From IMG/VR virus record IMGVR_UViG_2840949845_000010, positions 1 through 64,000 of that record: DNA of 64,000 nt, one strand, 5' to 3'. Made by a program: the position numbers and the translations under genes. This document shows positions 28,626-39,003 of this stretch, piece after piece (position 1 is the first letter of the stretch; each line of letters opens with the position of its first letter). The stretch is from a virus (lineage: Duplodnaviria; Caudoviricetes). The notes under the pieces were generated by a model, which was not told where the DNA came from, ran no database searches, and saw nothing but the letters and a program-made list of their open reading frames with translations.

Positions 28626-29335
28626 TCATCCCACGGGTTGAGCGGATCGGGAGCGACGGAGAGCATGAACAGCGGAGCGCCCGTGCCCGTCGCCGAGCTG
28701 GAGGTCGAGGACGCCGCCTCGTCCTTCAGGGCGGTTTCCAGGGCGCCCCAGTCGATGTCGAAGCGGGTGAAGCTCTCGTCGCCCGACTTCTCGGCCTGGG
28801 CCGCCTTCAGGCGCAGGGAGGGCAGCAGGGACAGGGCGGCGGTCAGGACGATGGCGCGGTTGGCGCGCAGCATGTCCGTGGTTCCCGAGGCCAGCCGGTC
28901 GGCCAGCGCCGTCCCGCCGAGGGTGTCGGCCAGGGTGTGGTAGGCGCCCAACAGGTCGATCTCGGTGTCGGCCAGTTCGGCGCGGGAGACCCCCAACCGC
29001 TCGCGCACCATGTCCGGGGTGGCGTCCATCGCCACGTAATCGGCCAGGACATAGGTCACGGTGCGGCTGGCCGGACGCCCGCTGGTGGTCCAGCGGTAGG
29101 TGATCGTCCGGCGCTCGAACGCGCGGGTCTTCTCGTTCAGATGGGCGGCGACGCTGAACAGGAACTCGGTCGCGTCCTCGGACAGGGAGATCGTGTCGGC
29201 GTAGACGAGGGCGCCGATGTGGTCGCGCAGCTTGATGGCGACGGTCCCGTCATCGGCGGTCGTGCCGTCGCCGTCGATGAGGAGGGGAAGGACGAGCGTC
29301 ACATCCTCCCCGGCGATCTCATACCGGATCGCCAT
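28622..29335 (-). CDS. Putative head-tail adaptor
   Basis: TPDMVRERLGVSRAELADTEID motif; position after capsid gene. Confidence 0.55.
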   Translation of the reverse strand: MAIRYEIAGEDVTLVLPLLIDGDGTTADDGTVAIKLRDHIGALVYADTISLSEDATEFLFSVAAHLNEKTRAFERRTITYRWTTSGRPASRTVTYVLADYVAMDATPDMVRERLGVSRAELADTEIDLLGAYHTLADTLGGTALADRLASGTTDMLRANRAIVLTAALSLLPSLRLKAAQAEKSGDESFTRFDIDWGALETALKDEAASSTSSSATGTGAPLFMLSVAPDPLNPWDD

Positions 29336-29657
29336 CGGTCTTCGCCTTGGCGGGCGGCAAGGTCTCCGGCATGAACGACGCTTCGTCCTCGTCGGGCGTG
29401 GCCGTCAGGGCGGCGAGCGTCAGCAGGTAGGTCTCGACCCCCTCATCCACGCCATGCTCCTTGATGCACGCCGCCAGTTCCTTGTCGTCGGCGATGTCCG
29501 GGAGGTTGGCGTGGATCACCTCAAGCTGACCGATGCCGAGGCGGGCCTGAAAGAAGTTCGTCACCTCGACCACCGCCGGGCGGTGATAGGGAACCTCCTG
29601 GCCCGACGATGGGTCCAGCAGCAGGAAGTTGCCCTTGGTGTTCAGGATGGCTTTCAT
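29319..29657 (-). CDS. Hypothetical virion-associated protein
   Basis: Coupled ORF directly after major capsid gene. Confidence 0.55.
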   Translation of the reverse strand: MKAILNTKGNFLLLDPSSGQEVPYHRPAVVEVTNFFQARLGIGQLEVIHANLPDIADDKELAACIKEHGVDEGVETYLLTLAALTATPDEDEASFMPETLPPAKAKTDGDPV

Positions 29658-29715
29658 CGGGGTCCCCCAAAGTCAGAAGGGGCGGCGTTGGCCGACGCCC
29701 CGTCACGGCCCACGA

Positions 29716-30924
29716 TCAGGCGGTCGTGTAGTCGTAGATTTCGCGGGTGTCGCCGAAGGCCAGCTTGTAGCCCGAACTCTGGGTCTTCACGTAGGTGATG
29801 ACTTGGTTGCGGATCGACTGCTCGCTCTCGGAGATCATCGAGTTCGCCTCGACCAGCTCCTCCAGCGTTTCCGCCTTGGTGTAGCCCAGCAGCTTGCCGT
29901 CCCCCATGGTCGAGGACAGAGCGAAGCCGACGTTGAAGTTCAACACCGGCAGGCTGGCCTGAAGACCGACGCCCACGGACGCCAGCCGCTCGGCCGCCGT
30001 CTTGGTGTCCAGCCCTTCGCCGGACGCGACCTTCGCGATGGCCGGCGCCATGAACAGCATCAGCCACTCGACGTAGGCGTCCCAGTTGCCCATCACCATG
30101 TCCACCGGCACGCCCGCCTTGGCGCGCGAGACCAGCCACTTCAGCAGCGGCTTGTACTCGATCCGGCCGGACTGGGTGCCGCCGAACGCCGTCTGCTTGA
30201 CCACGCCCGCCGCCGGATGCACGCCGTCGCCGTTCAGCATGACGGTCGTCGCCACGCCGACCTTCGACCGTTCCAGCTCGCGCTGAACGCGCGCCGCGAA
30301 CGGGGTCAGCATGTCGAGCGAGGCCCGGCGGCTGAACTCGTAGGTCGTCTGGTAGCCCGAACCGTGCTTCCAGATTTTGACCGAATTCTCGGTCATGCGG
30401 ATCGTGCGAACCGGGATGCGGCCACCTTCCGACACCACGGAGGTGCGGTAGTTGTCCTTGTCGTTGTCCGGGTCCAGGATCACGGCGGTGATGAGTTCCG
30501 GGCCGGAGATGGTGCGGCTGTTGGAGACCAGCGGTTCGACCGTCTCCAGGGTGTCCTGGCGGTAGGCCCACCGCATCATGTCGTCCACCACCTCCGGGAA
30601 CATCGCCCGGCTGCCTTCCCAGGTCTGGAAGGTTTGGGACGCCGCCTGAAGGGTGATGCCGTTGGCGAAGTCGTTGCGCACCGGCATGTTGAGGAAGGCC
30701 AGCGAGGCTTCGTAGCCGTTCAGCCCGTCGAAGCGTGCCGGCGTCTCGGACAGGCGCGGGTCGATGGACAGCAGCAGGTAGTCGCGGACGCCGATGCCGA
30801 AGCTGTTGGCGTCACGCAGCAGGCGCAGTCCGGCGTCGCGGGACTGGCCTTCGGTGGTGAGACCGGCGAGCACCGCTTCGGGCGACCGGCGCTGGATCTC
30901 ATTGAGGGAACGAACTTCGGGCAT
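29716..30924 (-). CDS. Major capsid protein (HK97 fold)
   Basis: 402 aa after protease and decoration genes; VSEGGRIP, KHGSGYQTTYEFSRR, strongly biased codons. Confidence 0.85.
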   Translation of the reverse strand: MPEVRSLNEIQRRSPEAVLAGLTTEGQSRDAGLRLLRDANSFGIGVRDYLLLSIDPRLSETPARFDGLNGYEASLAFLNMPVRNDFANGITLQAASQTFQTWEGSRAMFPEVVDDMMRWAYRQDTLETVEPLVSNSRTISGPELITAVILDPDNDKDNYRTSVVSEGGRIPVRTIRMTENSVKIWKHGSGYQTTYEFSRRASLDMLTPFAARVQRELERSKVGVATTVMLNGDGVHPAAGVVKQTAFGGTQSGRIEYKPLLKWLVSRAKAGVPVDMVMGNWDAYVEWLMLFMAPAIAKVASGEGLDTKTAAERLASVGVGLQASLPVLNFNVGFALSSTMGDGKLLGYTKAETLEELVEANSMISESEQSIRNQVITYVKTQSSGYKLAFGDTREIYDYTTA

Positions 30925-30957
30925 AGGATTGAGACCCTTGTTGAAGCCGACGCGGGC

Positions 30958-31356
30958 TTACTGGAAGACGACGACGACGTAGCCGGTCAGAACCTCGGCC
31001 ACGAAATTGTTGGGTTGCGCGGTGGTCGCCGCCTTGACGGTCCCGTCCCCGGCGCCGACGACCGACTGGCCGACGTTGATGGTGGCGCCGCTCTTGACCG
31101 GCAGCTTGTAGCCGCCCTTGGTCTGCATGGCGCCGACCAGGATGCCTTCCTGGCTGCGGTCCTCGACGGTGAAGAGGACGCCCCGGACGATGTCGCCATC
31201 GGCGGCGGGCTTCATCGTGTTGGCGGTGGTGTCGGCCGACAGCGCGCAGCCGACGTGGGCCTTGCCGGTGCCCGAGGCGAGATAGACGGTGTAGCCGAAC
31301 TCCGGGTGGTCGAGACCCAGCAGCGTCACACCCATGCCAATGCCGTTGTAGGCCAT
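30958..31356 (-). CDS. Head decoration/cement protein
   Basis: Small Gly/Ala/Val-rich protein between scaffold and capsid genes (VGQSVVGAGDGTVKAA). Confidence 0.7.
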   Translation of the reverse strand: MAYNGIGMGVTLLGLDHPEFGYTVYLASGTGKAHVGCALSADTTANTMKPAADGDIVRGVLFTVEDRSQEGILVGAMQTKGGYKLPVKSGATINVGQSVVGAGDGTVKAATTAQPNNFVAEVLTGYVVVVFQ

Positions 31357-31368
31357 GGAACCTGCTCC

Positions 31369-32505
31369 TTAATTGCGCGACTTGAAGGCGGCGTTGGTGA
31401 AACCGGCGCCCTTGGCGGCGTCGGAGACCGCGCCGGTGGCGACCCCGCCGACCGGAATCAGCGACGAGAGCTTGCCCTGCGCCGCCGTGATGCCAGCGAT
31501 CAGCTCCGTCGCCGTCTTGGGCGCGGTCGCGTCCTTCTGGCCGAGGGCGACGTGCAGCTTGGTGAACTGGTCCGTCAGGAAGGAGAGCGTCGGATCGGTG
31601 TCGATCTTGACCGGCTCGACCTTCTCGGCCTCGGCCAGCTTCGCCGCGAGTTCGGTGATCTGGGTGTTGAGGCCGTCGATCTTGGCGGTCAGGCTGGCGA
31701 CCTCGCCGCCCTTGGCGTCGAGGTCTTTCTTGGCGGTGGCGAGGTCCGCCTGGGCGGTCGCCAACTGGGACGCGAAGCCCGTCAGTTCGGACAGGTTCAC
31801 GGTCACGGGATCGGGCATGGTGGGTTCTTTCGATGCCGTCAGTTGAAGGAGGAGGGCCTTGCCCGTCGTGCCGCTGGCGGTCAGGGCGGCGCCCTGCGCG
31901 GCGGCCTGGGACAGAATCTTCGCCCCGTTCGCGGCCCCCTTGCCGACCAGGGACATCTCGTGCCAAGCGCTGAGACCATCGACGTGGGTGTGGACGCTGT
32001 CCTTGCCGATGGCGTGGCCGTTCTCACAGGTCAGGGAGAGGACGTTCATGAAGTCCGCGTCCGGGCCGAGATAGTCGAACCCACACTTGGAACAGGTGAT
32101 CGTCTTGGCCTGGAATCCGACCGACACCTCATCGACGGTGGCGTTCTCGATCTTGTTGATGAGATCGGTCTCGGTGTTCGGGATGTAGAACTGGACCGGA
32201 AGCTGCGGGCGGTTGGAGCGGTCGCGCGTGATCTCGGCCCAGAACGCCTTGCCGACCGGGAGCACCTTGGTGTCGTGCATCACCTGGATCGGCACGCCCT
32301 CGCCCCGCTGGAGCATGGCGGCCATCTCGGTCATCGTGCGTTCGGAGACCACGGCGCCGTCGAAGATCGACCCCTTCTGCCGGATCGGCAGGGTGTTCAG
32401 CGCCAGGGCCTCGTAGACCACGAGGTTGTCGAGATTGACGTCGTTGCCGGCCGTCGTCTTGATCCGGCTGGCAATGACATCGGTGACTTGGACCCGCTTG
32501 CCCAT
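31369..32505 (-). CDS. Prohead protease-scaffold fusion
   Basis: QVMHD, DEVSVGF, CSKCG, EMSLVGKGA protease motifs followed by coiled-coil scaffold. Confidence 0.8.
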   Translation of the reverse strand: MGKRVQVTDVIASRIKTTAGNDVNLDNLVVYEALALNTLPIRQKGSIFDGAVVSERTMTEMAAMLQRGEGVPIQVMHDTKVLPVGKAFWAEITRDRSNRPQLPVQFYIPNTETDLINKIENATVDEVSVGFQAKTITCSKCGFDYLGPDADFMNVLSLTCENGHAIGKDSVHTHVDGLSAWHEMSLVGKGAANGAKILSQAAAQGAALTASGTTGKALLLQLTASKEPTMPDPVTVNLSELTGFASQLATAQADLATAKKDLDAKGGEVASLTAKIDGLNTQITELAAKLAEAEKVEPVKIDTDPTLSFLTDQFTKLHVALGQKDATAPKTATELIAGITAAQGKLSSLIPVGGVATGAVSDAAKGAGFTNAAFKSRN

Positions 32506-32593
32506 GCCGTCATCCAAGTAAAGGGGTGAGGTCTGGGCAAGTTGACCGAATGGGTTCGGCTGCTTCAACGTGATAGGGATTACTGGTCCAGCC

Positions 32594-34048
32594 CTAACTC
32601 TTCTTGACCATTTTGCTGTTCGCCACGGCGCTGCCCTCCGGGGTCAGGCTGCGGTCGAGGGCGTTGCCGCTCTCCTCGGCACTGGTGTCGGTGGTGGTCG
32701 AGCTGACCGTCATGAAGCCGGTGCCAGCCAGGGCGGGCGCGTCGTCCGGTCGGTGGCGACCGAACATTTCCATGTGGAACTCGTCGTCGTTGATGAGGCC
32801 CAGGGACAGCAGCGACAGCAGACGGGACTGGCGCATGGTCATGTGGTTTTCCAGCTCCAGCGAAGGCCGGAGTTCAGCCTTGCGGAAGCGGACCACCGCG
32901 TAGTTGGCGCGGCCCTGCATCATCAGCGCGAAGGTGAAGAGGCGGGACAGATTGTCGGCCACCGGCTCGTTGATCTCGTCCGCGTTCATGGAAAAGATGC
33001 GGGCCTCGACCGACGCCGTGTTCACGCCGCTCTCCCCCCGGCCGATGATCGTGGACATCACCTTCAGGGCCGCCTGGTTCTGGGCGTTCAGAACGTCGAT
33101 GACCTTCGAGATGTCGATGCCCACGCCGGGGTTGTCGTCGTTGATGATGGAGGCTTCCACGCTGTCCCAATGGATGAACGCCTGATCCACCCGCAGCGAG
33201 CCGAAGGACTTGGCGATCTCCTGCAACTTGCTCCGCGCCCAATTCGCCATCTTGTCGGCGTCCGCCTGAACGTCGGCGGGCGCGGACTGGCGAACCACAT
33301 CCTCCAGCACCTTGATGTCAATGCGCGGGAAGCCGGTGACGTACATGATCCGGTACAGATCGTTGATGACCTGCTGACGCGCGGCGATGGTGTTGATCGC
33401 CGAGACGAAATGGCTGTTCGTGTAGATCGAGGTCGGGTCGCGGCGGAAGAAGCTGACGAAGAAGGTCGGGATGTCGAGCGGGATTTCGCCCACTCCCCCC
33501 GCCGGGATTTGCACCGGCTTGTACTGGCCGGGCTTCGGCTCCTTCCAGCGCACCGTGGCGAGGTCCACCTGCCGGATTTCGCTGGGGGCCAGGGTGCGGT
33601 CGAACACCAGTTCGTTCGCCACGCCGCCGCGCAGCAGGATCATGTAGCGCATCTCGGCGGCCAGCAGCCGGAGAGAGGGTTTGAGCTGGAAGGCCGAGAA
33701 GTCGGACTGCACCGTCAGGCGCCGGATGATCTGCTGAAGGACGGCGTACCCCTCGCGGTCCAGGTTTCCCTGCTCATCATGCACGCTGACCAGCATGTCG
33801 GTGTTCGAGACGGTCAGGTAGGCGTTGACGGCGGCGCTCACGTCCGGGTCGCCCTGAAACGCCTCCTTCATGATGGAGCGGCTGTCCTTGCGGAACCTGT
33901 CCTTGAACAGGTCGCGCATGTGTTCCTGGTACATCGGGACGGAAAGCAGCCCGCCCGGCGTCTGACCGTTGAAGGTGTTGGTGATCGAGGCGCCGCCGCG
34001 ATTGGCCCGGCGTTTGAAGCCCCCGAGCTTGAACAGGTCCATCACCAT
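32594..34048 (-). CDS. Portal protein
   Basis: ~484 aa directly downstream of terL; helical, portal-like size and position. Confidence 0.8.
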   Translation of the reverse strand: MVMDLFKLGGFKRRANRGGASITNTFNGQTPGGLLSVPMYQEHMRDLFKDRFRKDSRSIMKEAFQGDPDVSAAVNAYLTVSNTDMLVSVHDEQGNLDREGYAVLQQIIRRLTVQSDFSAFQLKPSLRLLAAEMRYMILLRGGVANELVFDRTLAPSEIRQVDLATVRWKEPKPGQYKPVQIPAGGVGEIPLDIPTFFVSFFRRDPTSIYTNSHFVSAINTIAARQQVINDLYRIMYVTGFPRIDIKVLEDVVRQSAPADVQADADKMANWARSKLQEIAKSFGSLRVDQAFIHWDSVEASIINDDNPGVGIDISKVIDVLNAQNQAALKVMSTIIGRGESGVNTASVEARIFSMNADEINEPVADNLSRLFTFALMMQGRANYAVVRFRKAELRPSLELENHMTMRQSRLLSLLSLGLINDDEFHMEMFGRHRPDDAPALAGTGFMTVSSTTTDTSAEESGNALDRSLTPEGSAVANSKMVKKS

Positions 34049-35772
34049 GATAGCAGCCCCTGGCTGTGGCTCGACGGAACCAGGAGACCCACGTCGTCGG
34101 GCACCCAGTCCGCGCCAATGGTTTCGTAGAGGGTTCGCGTCTCGGCCTTCCGCAGCGGCTGAAGCGCCTGCCAAAGCCGGAGGCTGAACAGCATGAAACC
34201 GAGGGCGTGGAAGTAATGATCGTCGCCCTTGAGCTTCACCCAGCGGGCCGGGCTTTCCGGCTTCTCGTCGCGCACGTTGTCGCGGAAGTGGGTGATGATC
34301 GTTTCCTTCTGGTGGCCGTAGCCGCAGAGGGTGATCCTCTTCGAGCGGACGGACTTGGCCGCCACGTCGAGGAGCGAGGTGCGGTCGGCCTGGGCGTAGG
34401 CCGGGTTCTTGAACTCGTCGAAGACGATGTTGATTTCGGCCGATCCACGGTACTCGACGGGGAACACCTTCCTCCCGCTGACCTCGAAGATGTCGTGGGC
34501 GGTCGGGGTGTAGGGGTGACGGTCAACCGCGCCGGCCACGATGTTGACCTGACCGCACAGGCCCTTCACCCGGTCCACGATGTCGTTGGCCGGGATCGTC
34601 TCGAACAGCAGCGCGTCGCAGTCCTCCGGCGTGCCGACGCCCAGGATCAGGTGGCAGACCGCGCCCATGTCGATGCCCAGGAAATGCGGGCGGGTCGGGT
34701 CCACCTCATCCGGCCGGGTCGGGACCGGGGCGATGCACGCCTCGATGTCGGCGCGCTCCAGGCGGATGTTGCCGTCGATGTAGGGCTTGCCCAGCACCGT
34801 GTTCGACCAGCCGCGCAGATAGTCGCGGCGCTTGTATTCCAGAAGCTGGCCGATGATGTAGGGGATGCCGATGCGGCCGGTGGACAGCGGGCGGACCCGA
34901 TAGCCCCGCGCGTGCTGGATGTCGGGCCGCTGGGCGACCCAGCGGCGCCCCTCATCGTCCAGATCGAGTGGGCCTTGGTGGCAGCGCTCGCACATGACGT
35001 AGGCGCCGAGAAGGTCCAGCTTGGGCATCAGGCTTTCGGTGATGTGCCCCAGGTCTTCGATGTCGTCGGGCAGACCGGGGATCACCACGAAGTCGCGGGT
35101 GAAGTCCGGGATCTGAACGTGACGGCAATAGGGGCAGCGGATGACCCACTCGCGCTGGTCCGTCACCTCATAGTCGCCGTCAATCCCGAAGCCGAAGAAG
35201 GTCGGGGTCGAGAAGCGGTGCTTGATCCGCCATTCGGAATTCTGGAGACGCGACTGGAACAGGGACAGCATTCCCTGATCGGTCAGGTCCACCTCGTCAT
35301 GGACGAGGTAATCGGCGGGCGTCGAGGTGGCGGCGCCCTCCGTCGCGTTGGTCATCAGCAGGAAGCTCGTGCCGAACTGCATCGTGGACATCGAGCGGAC
35401 CATCTTCTCCCCGCTCTCCGGCTGGAAGACGGCGTTCTCTTCGATGCAGGGTTTCACCCGCATCTGGCTGACCTTCTTGAACATCGCCTCGTCGGGCAAC
35501 GTGTAGATCGCGTTGACCCCTTTGTTGCGCTTCACGAAGGCGAGGATTTTGCGGACCTGAACCTCGGTCAAACCAACCTGGGAGCATTTGATGACCGACA
35601 AATTCTCGTGCATGTCATCGGCGATGGCCTGTTGAAACGGATACTTCGCCATCGAGAATGGCCGCCCCCGCAGCAATGTGTTCTGCGTGATCCAGTCACC
35701 ATAGCTCGCCGCCTGATCGACATCGAAGCGGGCGCGGGCGCGCGACAGGAAGTCTTGGATTGGACGGGTCAT
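34042..35772 (-). CDS. terL: Terminase large subunit (GpA-like)
   Basis: KCSQVGLTE Walker A variant, LVHDEVD Walker B, FSTPT, CPYC/CERC zinc finger, LGIDMG nuclease, DDHYFHA. Confidence 0.93.
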   Translation of the reverse strand: MTRPIQDFLSRARARFDVDQAASYGDWITQNTLLRGRPFSMAKYPFQQAIADDMHENLSVIKCSQVGLTEVQVRKILAFVKRNKGVNAIYTLPDEAMFKKVSQMRVKPCIEENAVFQPESGEKMVRSMSTMQFGTSFLLMTNATEGAATSTPADYLVHDEVDLTDQGMLSLFQSRLQNSEWRIKHRFSTPTFFGFGIDGDYEVTDQREWVIRCPYCRHVQIPDFTRDFVVIPGLPDDIEDLGHITESLMPKLDLLGAYVMCERCHQGPLDLDDEGRRWVAQRPDIQHARGYRVRPLSTGRIGIPYIIGQLLEYKRRDYLRGWSNTVLGKPYIDGNIRLERADIEACIAPVPTRPDEVDPTRPHFLGIDMGAVCHLILGVGTPEDCDALLFETIPANDIVDRVKGLCGQVNIVAGAVDRHPYTPTAHDIFEVSGRKVFPVEYRGSAEINIVFDEFKNPAYAQADRTSLLDVAAKSVRSKRITLCGYGHQKETIITHFRDNVRDEKPESPARWVKLKGDDHYFHALGFMLFSLRLWQALQPLRKAETRTLYETIGADWVPDDVGLLVPSSHSQGLLSW

Positions 35773-35814
35773 CGGGCGACGGTAGTCGGGCGACGACTTG
35801 GCGCACAGCGAAAG

Positions 35815-35840
35815 GACGTTAGCGAATCCTCGCTAACGTC
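35815..35840. promoter_or_regulatory. Perfect 11-bp inverted repeat in the divergent terL / replication intergenic region
   Basis: GACGTTAGCGA-ATCC-TCGCTAACGTC, containing TTAGC-N8-GCTAA. Confidence 0.65.
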
Positions 35841-35905
35841 TCTGGCGTTGCGCCCAGGGGGCGTTGTCGCGAACGATCTGGGCCTCCCCCCACTCCAGGC
35901 CGCCC

Positions 35906-36388
35906 ATGCGCTTCTACCCTGATCTCAGTCAGAAGACGTTGGCCCCGCTCCAGGTGGTGCAGGAACAGCTCCGGCTGGACCCGGCCTATCTGGACGCGGA
36001 TGACTGCTCCTACGACGCCAAGGTCAAAGAGCTGCTGAAGCTCCTGGCTCCGGGTTCCGGCGACAGCCCCCAGGCTTTTCTGCGCCGCGCCGGATCGAAG
36101 CAGCAAATCCTCGAAGACGAAACCCAAGCCCTCTACCTGGAAATCCGCGACTTCGGCCAGAAGCTGAAGGCCGACGACGTGTCCGAGCGGATGTCCTACT
36201 ACCGGACCCGCACCGCCCTGCTGGAAAAGCTCATCTCCTTGACGGAGCGGGCCAGCAGCATGAAGGCGGTTGGTCAGTTCCAGGACATCGTGCTGGGCAT
36301 CTTCGAGGACATGCTGACGCCCGACCAGCGGGCCGAAGCCATGGAACGCCTGGGCGCCGCCCTCGAAACCCAGGACGACCATGGCTGA
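35906..36388 (+). CDS. Helical hypothetical protein (possible terminase small subunit)
   Basis: 160-aa helical ORF divergent from terL, overlapping the primase start. Confidence 0.5.
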   Translation: MRFYPDLSQKTLAPLQVVQEQLRLDPAYLDADDCSYDAKVKELLKLLAPGSGDSPQAFLRRAGSKQQILEDETQALYLEIRDFGQKLKADDVSERMSYYRTRTALLEKLISLTERASSMKAVGQFQDIVLGIFEDMLTPDQRAEAMERLGAALETQDDHG

Positions 36389-38813
36389 CCTCTTCGCCGC
36401 GCACGCCCCGGCCTTCTGGTCGCGCGGCATTCCCGCCATCCCGCTCGTCAAGGGCCAGAAGCGTCCCGCCATCGACGCTTGGCAGATGTTCAGCGACAGC
36501 CTGCCGACCGAAGAGCAGAAGGCCCGCTGGCTGTCGGAGTTCGCCCACGGGAACATCGGCGTCGCGCTCGGCCCCCAGTCCGGCATCGAGATGCTGGACG
36601 TGGACACCGACGACCCCAAGGTTCACCAGTTCATCGACACCGTGCTGCCGCACAGCCCGTGGCGGCGTCTTGGCCGCAAGGGATTCGCTCTGGCCTTCCG
36701 CTGGTCGGGACACCGCACCTTCCGCATCAAGCAGGCGGACGACGCGACCATCATGGAGCTGCTGTCCGCCAAGACGCAGCTCGTGATCCCGCCGTCGATC
36801 CACCCGGACACCGGGCTTCCCTACCGGGCGAACGTCGATCTGCTGGAAGTCTACGACGAGCTTCCGCCGCTCCCGCGCGACGTGGAGATCATCCTGCGCG
36901 AAGGGCTGAAGGAACTCGGCTACGAGCTGTCGGCCAACGGCTTCACCAAGCTGACGGAATGGGTGGCGCCGGGCGCCCGCGACAACCGGATGATCCAGGT
37001 CGCCGGTCTCTACGCCAACACCATCCTGCGCGGCGAGGTCACGTTCCTCGAAGCCGTCGCCCAGATGCGCGGTTGGCACGACGCCCGCGTGGAGAAGGTC
37101 GCGGGCGACGACGTTGACATCAACAAGGGCATCGTCCGCATGGCGGAGTTCCTGGTCTCGGATGTGACCGGGGACAAGCGCCGCATGTTGCCGGTCGGTT
37201 GGGACGCCAACCTGTCGGGGGAGATGAAGTCCGGGCTGGGCCTGAACGTCATCACCGACGAGAACCAGGAATGGACGCCCGAACAGGTGCGGACCCACCT
37301 GGACGCCGCGCTTGGCGCGCTTCCTCCCGAGGATCTTCGCCGCGTCGATGAGGTGAACAAGGCGCTGGACCGGATCGCCCGCCAGCAGTTCGACGCTCTG
37401 CACGAGGAGCAAATCCTCCGCTGGATCGCCGAGACCTCGATGACCGGCATTTCCTTCACGTCGCTGAAGCGGCGGCTGCGGGAACTGCGCCAGGGCGAGG
37501 TGGTCGGCACCGACCACAGCGAGATCGCCGAACAGGTGCTGGCCGACCTGCGCCGCTTCGGCGAGGTGCGGTTCGCCTTCAACAAATTCTGGTCCTGGAC
37601 CGGCTCGCACTGGGAACGGAAGATCGACGAGGACATCTACCGCCTGATCTCGAACGATTACGGCGATCTTCCCGCCGCCCGCAAGGCGGCGGATCACAGC
37701 GGCATCCTCAAGGTGATGGGCCGCAAGGTCTCCCGCCCGCTGGTCGATAGCGCCCTCGTCGGCATCAACTTCGCCAACGGCTACCTTTCCCAGGATGGCC
37801 GGATGCTGCCGCACGATCCGGCCTATGGGGCGACCTACTGTCTGCCCTACCGCTACATGCCCGAGCTGGCCGACCGTTGCCCGCGCTGGCTGGCCTTTCT
37901 GAACGAGCGCTGGGCCAAGGACGCCGACCGCCCGGACAAGATCACGGCCCTCCAGGAGGCGATGTGCGCCACGCTCATGGGCATGGCGCCGCGCCTCCAG
38001 CGCGCGGTCCTGCTGGTCGGCGTGGCCCGCTCCGGCAAATCCCAGGTGCTGAAGGTGATGCGCGGCCTGCTGCCCGAGGAGGCGGTGAGCAACATCCCGC
38101 CGAACACCTGGGGCGACAAGTTCATGCCGGTCGGTTTCGTCGGCAAGCTGCTGAACGTGGCGGGCGAACTGTCCGAAAGCAAATACATCCAGGGCGACAT
38201 CTTCAAGCAGGTGGTCGAGGGCGAGAGCATCCCGGTCCAGTACAAGGGGAAGGACGCCTTCGACATCCGACCGATGTGCGCCCACTGGTTCGGGTCGAAC
38301 CATCTGCCGAAGACCAGGGACACGTCGGAAGGGTTCAACCGCCGCTGGCTGGTCCTGACCTTCAACCAGCCGGTCCCGCTGGAAGACGTGCAACTCGACT
38401 TCGCGGACATCCTGATCGCCGAGGAGCGCGAGGCGATCACCGCCTGGGCGATCCAGGGGATGCCGCGCCTGATCCGCCAGCACAGCTACACCATCCCGGC
38501 GTCTCACGCCCAGGCCGTGGAGGCAATGGCGGACGCCAATGACAGCGTGCGTTTTTTTATGAAGCAGAAGGGCGTGGGCGTCCTATGCCTGAATTCCGCC
38601 CCCACCTCATCGACACAACTCTACACCGAATACTATCGCTTCTGCGCCGAGGCGGGGGATGCCCGGCCTGTTACCTTGAGGAGCTTCTTGGGTCGGATGG
38701 AGAATTTGGCGAACGTCTTCGGCTTCACGCCCATTTCGCAGAAGGACAAGGATGGAAACACCCAAGTGTTGTACGTGAACGGCACCTCTGCGACGCCCGC
38801 CGAGGCCGCGTGA
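36381..38813 (+). CDS. Bifunctional primase-polymerase fused to D5/P4-type SF3 helicase
   Basis: KRP..W, NIGVALG...LDVD, VIPPSIHPDTG PrimPol motifs; INFANG, Walker A GVARSGKS, GFNRRW. Confidence 0.92.
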   Translation: MADLFAAHAPAFWSRGIPAIPLVKGQKRPAIDAWQMFSDSLPTEEQKARWLSEFAHGNIGVALGPQSGIEMLDVDTDDPKVHQFIDTVLPHSPWRRLGRKGFALAFRWSGHRTFRIKQADDATIMELLSAKTQLVIPPSIHPDTGLPYRANVDLLEVYDELPPLPRDVEIILREGLKELGYELSANGFTKLTEWVAPGARDNRMIQVAGLYANTILRGEVTFLEAVAQMRGWHDARVEKVAGDDVDINKGIVRMAEFLVSDVTGDKRRMLPVGWDANLSGEMKSGLGLNVITDENQEWTPEQVRTHLDAALGALPPEDLRRVDEVNKALDRIARQQFDALHEEQILRWIAETSMTGISFTSLKRRLRELRQGEVVGTDHSEIAEQVLADLRRFGEVRFAFNKFWSWTGSHWERKIDEDIYRLISNDYGDLPAARKAADHSGILKVMGRKVSRPLVDSALVGINFANGYLSQDGRMLPHDPAYGATYCLPYRYMPELADRCPRWLAFLNERWAKDADRPDKITALQEAMCATLMGMAPRLQRAVLLVGVARSGKSQVLKVMRGLLPEEAVSNIPPNTWGDKFMPVGFVGKLLNVAGELSESKYIQGDIFKQVVEGESIPVQYKGKDAFDIRPMCAHWFGSNHLPKTRDTSEGFNRRWLVLTFNQPVPLEDVQLDFADILIAEEREAITAWAIQGMPRLIRQHSYTIPASHAQAVEAMADANDSVRFFMKQKGVGVLCLNSAPTSSTQLYTEYYRFCAEAGDARPVTLRSFLGRMENLANVFGFTPISQKDKDGNTQVLYVNGTSATPAEAA

Positions 38814-39003
38814 TCGAAATCACCCGGCCCGACCTGATCGAGCTGTTCTACTGGCAGAACGTTGCAAGCGTGCCTACCCGGTTTAGGCAGTCACCCACGG
38901 CATAGAGGGAAGGTAAAGCGTGCATCGCGACCTCCCAATCAACATCATATGAACCGACTAAGTCATGCTATACGTGTTATGCTCTCTGATTTTCGCGGCA
39001 TCC

